36,836 bases of DNA from Bacillota bacterium. GTDB lineage: Bacteria; Bacillota; Sulfobacillia; Sulfobacillales; Sulfobacillaceae. The notes under the pieces are model-generated. The model was not told the origin of the DNA, searched no databases, and worked only from the letters and a program-made list of their open reading frames with translations. The stretch spans positions 1-36,836 of the forward strand of contig JAMDDZ010000104.1 in assembly GCA_023488565.1 (NCBI GenBank). The letters are read 5' to 3'. The position numbers were made by a program, and so were the translations under genes. Every line of letters begins with the position of its first letter. Position 1 is the first letter of the stretch. Positions 17,353-26,852 of this stretch are shown piece after piece.

Positions 17353-18308
17353 CCACATTCCTTGGGTGGTGGGCATAACGGAACCGGATCATCGACGCCA
17401 TAGGAACACGGGGTATCGGCATAGCCTTCTTCGGCTCCCATTCTCCACCCCATCAGCAGATATCCCCGGACCTCGTCATAAACAGGGCGGCAAGCATACC
17501 ACAGCGCTGGAGTGCATTCGGCTGCCTCAGCTACGGGGAGATAGGGGCCCAAGATGTTGGGGGACTGAAAACAGAGAGTGGTCGTTCGGGGTTCGGAAAA
17601 AGGGTTCGATGGGTGGTACCAGTCCGATTTGACGGAGCAGTAGAGATACCACCGACCTTGGCGTTGAATCACGGTGGGCACCTCTAGATCGCGAAACCAG
17701 CCAGGGCTGAGAACCGGCGGCAAGAGCGACCAGTGCCGCAGATCTTCTGACACTGCGGCAGCCACGGCACCGGAATATCCCGGCACCTGCCGTCTGTCAT
17801 GTGCGGCAATGAACAGATAGTGTAAACCCGTGGCCGCATCCCGCACAGCGTAAGGATCGCGCCATGTGAACGTTTCAGACGATTCCTCTGATGCAGTGAC
17901 ATACCATTGGGGATCCGGGGGCAAAATCGGCTCAGATGACGATCTCTGCCATGATGATAGGTCGTCTGACTCCGCCACACCAATGTTTTGAGTGCGAGTA
18001 CGTCTATCGCGTCCAGTGTAGAACATTAGCCAGTGGGTATCGGAGCGAATAACGCTCCCGGTCCACAGAGCCAGATCGTCCCATGCGGGGAATAAGGGGG
18101 GGCGCAGCGCATCCGCTTGGGGAACCCAGTGTTCCCAGTCGGTGGAAATCGCGTGGCCAATCACGGCCTGATCGTGGCGCGACTGGGGAAGTCCCGTGCG
18201 TGGCGCCTTGAGATAGAAAAGATGATGGGTGCGGTCGACACTAGTTGCCCAAAAATCCCAGATTCGATACTGTTGACTATATAACACCGTCCCGATTCCT
18301 CCTCGCAT
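17349..18308 (-). CDS. clan GH-J (GH32/GH68-like) beta-fructosidase-type glycoside hydrolase, catalytic propeller only
   Basis: 319 aa. IWDFW (nucleophile-type WDxW/WMNDPNG position), WRDPY (RDP motif) and LEVPTV (EC/EV-P acid-base position). No signal peptide. Its stop overlaps the convergent permease stop. Confidence 0.6.
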   Translation of the reverse strand: MRGGIGTVLYSQQYRIWDFWATSVDRTHHLFYLKAPRTGLPQSRHDQAVIGHAISTDWEHWVPQADALRPPLFPAWDDLALWTGSVIRSDTHWLMFYTGRDRRTRTQNIGVAESDDLSSWQRSSSEPILPPDPQWYVTASEESSETFTWRDPYAVRDAATGLHYLFIAAHDRRQVPGYSGAVAAAVSEDLRHWSLLPPVLSPGWFRDLEVPTVIQRQGRWYLYCSVKSDWYHPSNPFSEPRTTTLCFQSPNILGPYLPVAEAAECTPALWYACRPVYDEVRGYLLMGWRMGAEEGYADTPCSYGVDDPVPLCPPPKECG

Positions 18309-18379
18309 CCTACGGATCTATGATACCGTGACAGCCACCGGGACGAAATACATCTTATCGGAAGAAGAGAGGTTTTCGC

Positions 18380-19333
18380 ATGCAACCCACAATCGCCGTC
18401 ATTGGCAGCATCGTCATCGACTTCCCGCTCATTTTGCCTCGGCCTGCCATTTCCGGAGAGACGTTGAAGGTAGAGACTCCGGGAATGAATTTAGGAGGAA
18501 AAGCGGTCAATCAAGGATTGCAGGCCTTGTTATGCGGGGTCTCCCCACTATTGGTGGGCAAGGTAGGACACGATGTGTTCGGGGAGTGGGCCCGCTCAGA
18601 ACTCGCGCACTACCATTTGAGAACTGACGCCGTCAGGACGGCGGCTTCGTCGACTTCATGGGCGGTTCCGATTATTGAGTCTTCCACCCAATATATCCTG
18701 CACGTGGCTGGAGCCAATGCAGCAATGACGCCAGAGGATATCACGGATAGCCACCCTTTATGGGAAGAGGCCCGATGGCTCTTAGTGCAAGGCGAAATTC
18801 CTTCGGAAGCTTCATTGAGGGCTGCCCAGTTGATGCATCGCCAGCACGGTCAGGTGATCTGCGATCCCGCTCCGGCCGACAGTATGACCCCGGAATTACT
18901 ACGAGCTGCGGATATTCTGACCCCAAACACCCAGGAACTGCGGGTTTTGACGCATCGACAGAGTAACGACCTCGAAGAGCAAGTGCATATTCTATGGGCT
19001 GAGTATCCCGGGCTTTCCACCTTGGCAGTGACGATGGGCGCTGAGGGCGTATGGTTCCAGGAGCGTGGAAACCATGGTCAACATATCACTCCACCACGGG
19101 TGCAGGCGGCAGATCCCACTGCGGCGGGCGATGCGTTTAATGGAGCCTTCGTCGCCGCGCTCTCGACAGGATTCAGTCCACGGAAGGCCTGTGAAATTGG
19201 ATGTTGTGCGGGGGCTTTGGCGGCCACAACCGTTGGTTCGGCAAAGAGTTTGGCCTCCCAGGAGGATATTATGGCGCTATGGGAAAAAACTTATCATACC
19301 CCAGCCATGCGCGATGAAAAGAGAGTGTTCTAA
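18380..19333 (+). CDS. PfkB-family carbohydrate kinase (ribokinase/fructokinase-like)
   Basis: 317 aa. GGKAVNQG and DPTAAGDAFNGAF signatures. Confidence 0.85.
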   Translation: MQPTIAVIGSIVIDFPLILPRPAISGETLKVETPGMNLGGKAVNQGLQALLCGVSPLLVGKVGHDVFGEWARSELAHYHLRTDAVRTAASSTSWAVPIIESSTQYILHVAGANAAMTPEDITDSHPLWEEARWLLVQGEIPSEASLRAAQLMHRQHGQVICDPAPADSMTPELLRAADILTPNTQELRVLTHRQSNDLEEQVHILWAEYPGLSTLAVTMGAEGVWFQERGNHGQHITPPRVQAADPTAAGDAFNGAFVAALSTGFSPRKACEIGCCAGALAATTVGSAKSLASQEDIMALWEKTYHTPAMRDEKRVF

Positions 19334-19441
19334 TCTACCTAGATTTTGCTTTTCTATCAGGATGAGCGTCAGTCCTAATAAGCTGGCCCGGAAGTTGCCA
19401 ATTTCATATTTGCCGGCATCTTAGCGGCCATTGCCACATAT

Positions 19442-19933
19442 GTGGTGACAACCTGCCAAACCTTAAAAGCCATTGAAATCCCCGTGATTATCGTGGCGCC
19501 TATTTTAGTGATATTGATCCAGGCCGTCGTCTTTATGAATCTAGGCAGCCACCGTGTTTATCCGGTATTTTTCGCATACGGCGCGTTTTTAGGCTTGATT
19601 ATTGCGGTAAGCCCGCACGCCGAACCGTTGCCCAAGGTCACTAAAGTCACTCCACTGGAAGAGTTAGCCATGGGCAAACAAAGTGTCACCCAAACCTGCG
19701 AAAGTTGTCACATTGTTAATGGCACCGGAGGTACTATCGTCCCTAACTTGGATAGGATTTTCGCCGGAAAAATCAGTCCCAGTATATAGGCGCCGACGAG
19801 CGATCCCAACAATCCGACCTGGCTCCCCCGATGGATTGCCGACCCCGCCAATGTTTGGCCCAACGCTAAAATGCCCGATTTGGGCCTCACGTCACAACAG
19901 ATTCAAGGTGTTGTGATGTTGACCAAAACGTAA
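19442..19933 (+). pseudogene. membrane-anchored class I cytochrome c interrupted by an in-frame TAG (19787..19789)
   Basis: CESCH haem motif at 19697..19711. After the TAG, the same frame reads APTSDPNNPTWLPRWIADPANVWPNAKMPDLGLTSQQIQGVVMLTKT*, the usual cytochrome c C-terminus including the Met ligand region. The frame is open upstream to 19382 but has no start with an SD sequence. Confidence 0.65.
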
Positions 19934-19949
19934 AGTAATTTTAAGCTAC

Positions 19950-19981
19950 CAAAAAACAGGGAGCATTCTTGCTCCCTGTTT
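19950..19981. terminator. bidirectional rho-independent terminator (strong for argH, weaker for the plus strand)
   Basis: An 11-bp perfect stem AACAGGGAGCA-TTCT-TGCTCCCTGTT (19955..19980). An A6 run on the plus side gives a U-tract for the minus-strand transcript. Confidence 0.7.
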
Positions 19982-21387
19982 CATTCGTTAGGTTCGGCAA
20001 AAAGTTGGCGCAACTGGGCTATCCAACCCTTTGCCGCATCAACTTGGGTATGAACAAACTCCGGACCTGTGGACATGGGTTGCCGGCGACGACGAACAAC
20101 CGATGAAGCTTCTAGTTGCGACATCCAGGCGAAAGGCACGGCCGGTGCCACCTGGGCCAGATATTCTGGGGTAACATCGGTGAATTGAAGACCATCCTGT
20201 TCTAGTCTAGTGACCAATAATCCCACCAGGTGATGAGCTTCACGAAAGGGCATACCCTGCCCGACCAGCATATCGGCCAAATCGGTCGCGGCGGTATAAT
20301 CGTGACCAACCCGTTGTTTGAGCCGATCGCTTCGCACCGAAAGCGTGTCCATCATCCCAGCGGCCACCGGCAACAAAGCATCTAAGGTATCGACCACGTC
20401 AAATACCGCCTCTTTGTCTTCTTGCATATCGGAATGATAGGCTAAGGGCAATCCTTTCATTACCGTAAGCAAGGTCATAAGATTGCCAAAGACACGCCCC
20501 GACTTGCCCCGCATCAATTCTGCAACATCAGGATTGCGTTTTTGTGGCATTAGCGAGGATCCGGTGCTATACGCATCAGCCATGGTGATAAATCCAAATT
20601 CTTGAGTAGACCACAGCACCAATTCCTCGCCCAGGCGGCTTAAATGCACCATCAAAATGCTGGCCCAGGATAAATACTCCAGCAAAAAATCGCGATCCGC
20701 CACCGCATCCATCGAGTTTTGATAAACTCCAGCAAACCCCACCATTTGAGCCACCAGATTGGGATCCGTAGGATATGGCGTTCCGGATATGGCGCCGGCC
20801 CCCAAAGGCGAAATGACAACGCGTGGTGCCCAGGTTAAAATTCTCTCCATATCACGCCGCAACATAGCCACGTAGGCCATCATATGATGTGCCCACAGTA
20901 TCGGCTGGGCAGCCTGAAGGTGAGTATACCCAGGCATAATCACGTCACCGTTATCCTCAGCCTGATGCACTATTGCCTCCATCAAGTCTAACAGCAAGAG
21001 CTGCTGCCTCTGGGCCACTTCTCGCATATAGAGGTGCATGTCCAGTGCGACCTGGTCGTTGCGGCTACGTCCCGTATGCAACTTCCCTGCCACCGGTCCA
21101 ATAATTTCCAACAACCGGGCCTCGACGTTCATGTGAACATCCTCATGCTCCAGGCGGGGCTCAAACACCCCGCTTTGCGCTTCTTCCAGCACTTGCTGCA
21201 GCCCCCGGGAAATGATTTCTGCTTCTTCACCAGTGATCACGCCTTGGTGGCCAAGCATCGCAACGTGGGCTTGAGATCCCGCAATATCGTAGGGCAGTAG
21301 GCGCCAATCAAACGTCAGGGAGGCGGTAAACGATTGGGCTTTTTGATCTGGCCCCGACTGAAAGCGGGGATTACGGGCCACGGCCAT
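19981..21387 (-). CDS. argH: argininosuccinate lyase
   Basis: 468 aa. Fumarate-lyase family with GSSLMPQKRNPD signature. Confidence 0.95.
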   Translation of the reverse strand: MAVARNPRFQSGPDQKAQSFTASLTFDWRLLPYDIAGSQAHVAMLGHQGVITGEEAEIISRGLQQVLEEAQSGVFEPRLEHEDVHMNVEARLLEIIGPVAGKLHTGRSRNDQVALDMHLYMREVAQRQQLLLLDLMEAIVHQAEDNGDVIMPGYTHLQAAQPILWAHHMMAYVAMLRRDMERILTWAPRVVISPLGAGAISGTPYPTDPNLVAQMVGFAGVYQNSMDAVADRDFLLEYLSWASILMVHLSRLGEELVLWSTQEFGFITMADAYSTGSSLMPQKRNPDVAELMRGKSGRVFGNLMTLLTVMKGLPLAYHSDMQEDKEAVFDVVDTLDALLPVAAGMMDTLSVRSDRLKQRVGHDYTAATDLADMLVGQGMPFREAHHLVGLLVTRLEQDGLQFTDVTPEYLAQVAPAVPFAWMSQLEASSVVRRRRQPMSTGPEFVHTQVDAAKGWIAQLRQLFAEPNE

Positions 21388-21391
21388 GACG

Positions 21392-22606
21392 CTACTCTCC
21401 CGTCCGCATATGGTGCCGCACTGCTAAAGGCAGCCCAAACAAACGGATGAATCCTTGAGCATCATGATGGTCGTATTGTCCGCCGTCAAACGTAGCGAGA
21501 TCTTGGGAGTAAAGAGAAAACCGCGACGACGCCGCATGGCTGGTGACCCGTCCTTTGTAAAGGTGCAGTGTAACCTCACCGGTCACGACCTGGTTGGCTT
21601 GATCCACAAATGCGCTTAAGGCTTCCCGAAGCGGAGAAAACCACAGACCATCATATATCAAGCGCGCCATCTTAAGACCCACCTCGCTGGCAAAAGCTCG
21701 GGTATCTCGGTCCCACGTCAATGCGGTTAACGCCTGATGCGCCTCATATAAAATGGTGCCGCCGGGGGTTTCATAGACGCCACGGGATTTCATGCCTACC
21801 AGCCGATTTTCCACCATGGTAATCCGCCCAATGCCGTTTTCGGCACCCCACTGATTGACTTGGTCCATAAGCATGACCGGATCTAAATCGACACCATTAA
21901 GCGAAATCGGGTAGCCTTCCCGAAATCCAATCCGAACAGACTTCACGGCATCCGGCGCTTTGATGGGATCTATCGTCCAAGTATATACATCGGAGGGAGT
22001 GGGGATGGAAGGATCCTCCAGGACTCCGCCTTCATGGCTCACATGCCACATATTTTGATCGCGAGAATATGGGCTCTCGGGAGTGGCCGCCACTTCAATG
22101 CCATGCTCTTTGGCGTAGACCATTGCTTCAAGACGTCCGGTAATGTGCCACTCACGCCAGGGCGCTATCACCCGCAAGTCCGGTGCCAACGCCATAATCC
22201 CTAGTTCAAACCGAACCTGGTCATTGCCCTTTCCCGTAGCTCCATGGGCTACTGCTTTGGCGTCATATTGCCGCGCCACGCGAACCAATTCTTCTGCAAT
22301 TAGAGGGCGCGCAATGGAGGTCCCCAGCAAATACACGCCTTCATAAATGGCTTCGGCACGCAGCATGGGAAAGGCAAATTCCATCAAAAACCGATGGCGC
22401 AAATCACGGATCTCTACTGCCTCGGCCCCTGATCGCAATGCCTTGTCGCGGACTTTGTCTAAGTCCTCCCCTTGCCCTAAATCGGCGCAGAAGGCAATGA
22501 CGCGCACACCGTAATTTTCTTTAAGCCAGGGTATGATGATGGAGGTATCCAGTCCACCCGAATAAGCAAGAACTACACGATCTCCGGGCATAACGCCGTT
22601 TGTCAT
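21392..22606 (-). CDS. argG: argininosuccinate synthase
   Basis: 404 aa. AYSGGLDTS and GATGKGNDQVRFE signatures. Confidence 0.95.
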   Translation of the reverse strand: MTNGVMPGDRVVLAYSGGLDTSIIIPWLKENYGVRVIAFCADLGQGEDLDKVRDKALRSGAEAVEIRDLRHRFLMEFAFPMLRAEAIYEGVYLLGTSIARPLIAEELVRVARQYDAKAVAHGATGKGNDQVRFELGIMALAPDLRVIAPWREWHITGRLEAMVYAKEHGIEVAATPESPYSRDQNMWHVSHEGGVLEDPSIPTPSDVYTWTIDPIKAPDAVKSVRIGFREGYPISLNGVDLDPVMLMDQVNQWGAENGIGRITMVENRLVGMKSRGVYETPGGTILYEAHQALTALTWDRDTRAFASEVGLKMARLIYDGLWFSPLREALSAFVDQANQVVTGEVTLHLYKGRVTSHAASSRFSLYSQDLATFDGGQYDHHDAQGFIRLFGLPLAVRHHMRTGE

Positions 22607-22634
22607 AATCTTCTCCCCGCTCTCTCAAGCTGTC

Positions 22635-23804
22635 TTAGTGTCGGGATGCTTGGTCCAACACCTTTCCTAATATGGTACAACATGCGGCAATCGCCGTCTC
22701 GTCAATGACATAAGGAGGCAGCAGACGGATGACATCAGGTTGCGCCGCATTGACTATGAGTCCCTCCGCCAAAGCTTGTTGGACCAAAGGGCCAGCAGGA
22801 ACGGACGTCTTCAGTCCCCACATCAGTCCTCTTCCGCGCACCGCCTGAATCAACTGGGGATAGGACTGTTGTAATTGCCCTAGCCCTTGTTCCAGTTTGG
22901 AGCTCATCTCACGCACGTGATTGAGGCCTCCCTGATCCAACCACTCGATAACGGTAAGCGCCATGCGACTTGCCAAAGGGTTGCCGCCGAAAGTGGTGCC
23001 GTGATCACCGGGATGAAATGCCTGCGCCCACTTCGGGGCGACTAACAATCCCCCAATTGGCATGCCCGCCCCGATTCCCTTAGCTACCGTAATCAAATCC
23101 GGGCTCAATTCTCCCTCATGTTGGTACCCAAACCAATTGCCGGTGCGCCCGGCTCCCGTTTGTACCTCGTCAAACAATATCAAGGAGTCGGCCTGATGAA
23201 TCATCCGTACGGCTTCCGTCAGATACCCAGGAGGCGGAACCACAACACCGCCCTCCCCTTGGATGGGCTCCATCATCACTCCACAGGGGTTCCATTTGGC
23301 CAGAGCCTGGGCCAACGCATCCAAATCCCCGTAAGGGACGGTCACGAAACCGGGCACCAAGGGTTGAAACGGTTCCTGATAGCTTTGATGGGGCGTTGCC
23401 GAGAGGCTGCCCAGGGTTCTACCGTGAAAGGCTCCCGTCATGGCAATAATATGGTATCGCCCTTGATCATGGCCGATGCGACGCATCATTTTAATGCCCG
23501 CTTCATTGGCCTCTGTCCCGCTATTGACCCATAGCGACCACATGCCATCGGTGATGTCAGCAATGCGCTGACTCAGATCAATTCCCGGCTGATGCCAAAA
23601 CAGGTTCGATGTATGCATCAGCTGCGATGCGTCTAGCAATACGCGGTCGACATCAGGATGGTGGTAACCCAAGCTATTGACCCCTATTCCCGCCAAAAAG
23701 TCCCAATAGGGTTTACCTTGCGCATCCCACACTCTGGCTCCTTCGCCCCTGGCCAGGGTGACCGGGTGCCGCCGATATACCCCAATTAAATGTGTATCTT
23801 GCAT
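22635..23804 (-). CDS. argD: acetylornithine aminotransferase
   Basis: 389 aa class-III aminotransferase (..LILFDEVQTGAGRTG..), placed between argB and argG. Confidence 0.9.
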   Translation of the reverse strand: MQDTHLIGVYRRHPVTLARGEGARVWDAQGKPYWDFLAGIGVNSLGYHHPDVDRVLLDASQLMHTSNLFWHQPGIDLSQRIADITDGMWSLWVNSGTEANEAGIKMMRRIGHDQGRYHIIAMTGAFHGRTLGSLSATPHQSYQEPFQPLVPGFVTVPYGDLDALAQALAKWNPCGVMMEPIQGEGGVVVPPPGYLTEAVRMIHQADSLILFDEVQTGAGRTGNWFGYQHEGELSPDLITVAKGIGAGMPIGGLLVAPKWAQAFHPGDHGTTFGGNPLASRMALTVIEWLDQGGLNHVREMSSKLEQGLGQLQQSYPQLIQAVRGRGLMWGLKTSVPAGPLVQQALAEGLIVNAAQPDVIRLLPPYVIDETAIAACCTILGKVLDQASRH

Positions 23805-23808
23805 CTTT

Positions 23809-24564
23809 TCACTCTCCTCGCACCACCCAGGTGGTCATTGCCGGTTCAAACCAACGTCCAATGCCTACTTTCTCCACCCCGTAAGCCAGCGCCTCGATGG
23901 CTGCTTGGACTTTGGGAATCATTCCCGCCGCTATCCGACCCTGAGCCATCAGTTCTTGTGCTTGCTTCACCGTTATTTCCCGCATCAAACTGGCAGGGTC
24001 ATTGCGATCCCATCTGACACCTCCGGTATCGGTATAAAACAAGAGAGCAGACGCGGCAAATTTTTGTGCCAGTCCGGAGGCGGCCCAATCCCCGTTCAAA
24101 TTCAACAACTTTCCGGTTTGAATATCCGGAGCCACGGGCGTTATCACGGGCAACATATTGAGGGACCACAGTGTCTCCACCAATTGCGGCCGCACGGTGG
24201 CAACCCGCCCGACCAATCCCAGAGATTCGTCTGCCATGACCGCATCAAAAATTCCGCCATCGGCCCCACTGAGCCCTACGCCACTGATTCCTATTTGGCG
24301 GCAAAGACTGACCACGGTCATGCTCGCGATGCCCCGCATTTCCCGAATCACGTCCGCTATCACATCGGGCGTAGTGACGCGTTGGCCATTGACAAACTCG
24401 GTATGAATATGATGTCTGGCCAGTGCTTCCGTAATCAATGAACCCGCACCATGCACAAGTACCAGATTATGCCCCTCGGTCACCAACGACTGGACATCTC
24501 GCAACCACGGTGCCGTCTCTAAGGAGTCTAAAACACTGCCCCCAATTTTGATTACGATACGCAT
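23809..24564 (-). CDS. argB: acetylglutamate kinase
   Basis: 251 aa amino-acid kinase family. IVIKIGGS.., VLVHGAG... Confidence 0.95.
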   Translation of the reverse strand: MRIVIKIGGSVLDSLETAPWLRDVQSLVTEGHNLVLVHGAGSLITEALARHHIHTEFVNGQRVTTPDVIADVIREMRGIASMTVVSLCRQIGISGVGLSGADGGIFDAVMADESLGLVGRVATVRPQLVETLWSLNMLPVITPVAPDIQTGKLLNLNGDWAASGLAQKFAASALLFYTDTGGVRWDRNDPASLMREITVKQAQELMAQGRIAAGMIPKVQAAIEALAYGVEKVGIGRWFEPAMTTWVVRGE

Positions 24565-24567
24565 CGC

Positions 24568-25815
24568 CTATGTACGATACCGTGCGTTAATCTCGACGTA
24601 ACGCTCGGTTAAATCACAACCCCAGGCTTCAGCCTCGGCATCTCCAGCGTGTAAGTCCACGTCAAACACCACTTCCTCTTGCCCCATAAGTTCTTTAGCC
24701 CGTTCTTCGTCAAAGGCCACCGGTTGACCAGATTGCAATAACGGCATCCCATTCATGATCAGATCGACCATGCCAGGGTCAAATTCCAAGCCCACCGACC
24801 CCACTGACGCGATAACACGCCCCCAATTAGGATCGGCTCCATAGACGGCACTTTTTACCAACGATGAGCGGACTGCAGTGCGGGCCTTGAGCGCGGCATC
24901 CATTTCATTGACGCCGCCATGCACCTTGACGGTTAACAAGTGGGTTGCCCCTTCCCCATCTTTGGCAATTTGTCTGGCACCATGTTGCATTAGGGCTAGC
25001 AACGCCTGACCGAAAATCCGTTCGTCATCTGCAGAACGGAGTTCCACGCCACTCGAACCATTGGCCAAGCACAACACCATATCATTTGTGGAGGGATCGC
25101 CATCCACCGAAATGCGATGAAAACTCTGCTCGACCCCACGACGAACTAACTTATCCAAAACTGACTTGGAGACTTTGGCATCTGTGGTGATAAAGACCAA
25201 CATGGTCGCCATTTGCGGGTGGATCATCCCTGAACCTTTGGCCATCATCCCTATCCGTACCGTTCCCGAGGGCAGAGTTGCTATAGCCGCATGGGTTTTG
25301 GCAACGGTATCGGTGGTTAATATGGCCTGACTTGCCGCCACTCCATCTCCCGGAATCTCGGGCGAATGACAAGCATCCATTAAGGAGGCAATGCCGCCCT
25401 GAATCAAATCCATCGGCAACGGTACTCCAATCACCCCGGTCGATGCCACCGCAACCAGCTCCGGCGACAGCTCCAGCCCTTGAGCCACGCGCGATTGCAT
25501 AGCGATCGCATCTTGGTATCCTGGGTTGCCTGTCATCGCATTGGCATTGGTCGAGTTAATCACGATGGCCTGGCAAACCCCACGATCCGCCACCGACTTG
25601 GTAACCACTACTGGAGCCGCTTTGGCAGAGTTGGTGGTGAAGGTTCCAGAAAACGTTGCGGGCTGTTCCGACCAAATTAGGGCCATGTCCAATAACCCTT
25701 TGCGTAAGCCAGCGGTGACTCCATAGGCTTGAAATCCTTTAGGAAAAGCCACATTGCCATCAACCAGAGCAATCCGATTAGACTTTTCACTTGGTGTGTT
25801 TGCTGCAGATTCCAC
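24568..25815 (-). CDS. argJ: bifunctional ornithine acetyltransferase / N-acetylglutamate synthase
   Basis: 415 aa. ArgJ autoprocessing region ..ATMLVFITTDA... Confidence 0.95.
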   Translation of the reverse strand: MESAANTPSEKSNRIALVDGNVAFPKGFQAYGVTAGLRKGLLDMALIWSEQPATFSGTFTTNSAKAAPVVVTKSVADRGVCQAIVINSTNANAMTGNPGYQDAIAMQSRVAQGLELSPELVAVASTGVIGVPLPMDLIQGGIASLMDACHSPEIPGDGVAASQAILTTDTVAKTHAAIATLPSGTVRIGMMAKGSGMIHPQMATMLVFITTDAKVSKSVLDKLVRRGVEQSFHRISVDGDPSTNDMVLCLANGSSGVELRSADDERIFGQALLALMQHGARQIAKDGEGATHLLTVKVHGGVNEMDAALKARTAVRSSLVKSAVYGADPNWGRVIASVGSVGLEFDPGMVDLIMNGMPLLQSGQPVAFDEERAKELMGQEEVVFDVDLHAGDAEAEAWGCDLTERYVEINARYRT

Positions 25816-25852
25816 GCTATCCCCTCTTCGAAAAATTTCCGTGGTTAAAACG

Positions 25853-26848
25853 TCAGTCCAACCCGGCGGTCAAAGGCAGACGTGTCCAACGATTTGCATG
25901 CTGCACTGCCTGTCCGGCAGCGCCTTTGCCCAAGTTATCCAATGCTGCGATAAGCACCATCGCCCCGCCTCGTGAATCCAGAGCCGCCTTGATTTCCACC
26001 CGATTGGTCCCCCGAACCCTACCTGTGCGCACGCTTTGATCGGGAGCTAAGATTTCAACAAAGGGATTGTGATGGTAAAATTCGTGCCATAATGCCTGCA
26101 CATCGTGGACCGACACCGAGGGTTGAGGCCAATACACGGTTACCACCATGCCGCGGGCCATTGGCATCAAGTGCGGCTGAAAGGTCACAATGCCCTCTGA
26201 TATGACTTCCATCTCCGCAGTATGGCGATGTTTTCCCGGCATGCTGTAAGGTTCTGCATTCTCCGCCATTTCGGCCATCATAAGCCGCAACTCTGGGGTT
26301 CGGCCGGCACCGGTCACCCCCGACTTTCCATCGACAAACAGTTGCGGCAAAGAAATGCCCGCCCGAGCCAGAGGACCCATCAAAGAAAAAAACCCGGTCG
26401 GATAGCATCCAGGATTTCCTACGATCCACGCGTCCCCGTAATCCATATGGGGATCGTCGGCATAGCCCCCCACGCTGATAGACAGGGCATAGGGGGCAGG
26501 ATGAGGACCATACGCCGATTCATAACGGGTCTGGTCCGCAAACCGGAAATCCGCAGACAAATCAACAACCCGAATCCCCATCGCAGCAAACCGGGCGACC
26601 CAGTCAGTAGCCGCACCTGCAGGCAAGGCATTAAATACCAGATCCGGCTCAGTATCAGCCACGGATTCCAGGGGAATCAGCTGCCCTCTCCAGCCTGAGC
26701 GAGCAAACCACTCCGACACACTAGCCCCCACATCTTGACGAGCAGTAGCAGCCACCAAATCCCAGTGCGGATGGCGCTGTACAATGCGCATCAATTCCTG
26801 TCCGGCATACCCGGTAGCTCCTACTATCGCAACTTTCACCCGCGTCAC
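25853..26848 (-). CDS. argC: N-acetyl-gamma-glutamyl-phosphate reductase
   Basis: 331 aa. VAIVGATGYAG.. and active-site ..GNPGCYPT... The in-frame GTG at 26839 (VKVAIVG), 5 nt after GGGGTG, may be the true start. Confidence 0.93.
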   Translation of the reverse strand: MTRVKVAIVGATGYAGQELMRIVQRHPHWDLVAATARQDVGASVSEWFARSGWRGQLIPLESVADTEPDLVFNALPAGAATDWVARFAAMGIRVVDLSADFRFADQTRYESAYGPHPAPYALSISVGGYADDPHMDYGDAWIVGNPGCYPTGFFSLMGPLARAGISLPQLFVDGKSGVTGAGRTPELRLMMAEMAENAEPYSMPGKHRHTAEMEVISEGIVTFQPHLMPMARGMVVTVYWPQPSVSVHDVQALWHEFYHHNPFVEILAPDQSVRTGRVRGTNRVEIKAALDSRGGAMVLIAALDNLGKGAAGQAVQHANRWTRLPLTAGLD

Positions 26849-26852
26849 CCCG

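Noticed and set aside
23758-24441. A long (227 aa) plus-strand ORF. Similar long ORFs occur at 3597..3998, 9247..9693, 17132..17632, 23118..23534, 26222..26698 and 27429..27878.
   Set aside because: All lie antisense to, or out of frame within, confidently assigned genes (argB/argD, Cas4-like, DsbD_2, permease/GH, argC, glnA). Their compositions are Arg/Pro/Ser/Gly-rich and low in complexity, and they lack an SD sequence. These are typical shadow ORFs of GC-rich coding DNA.
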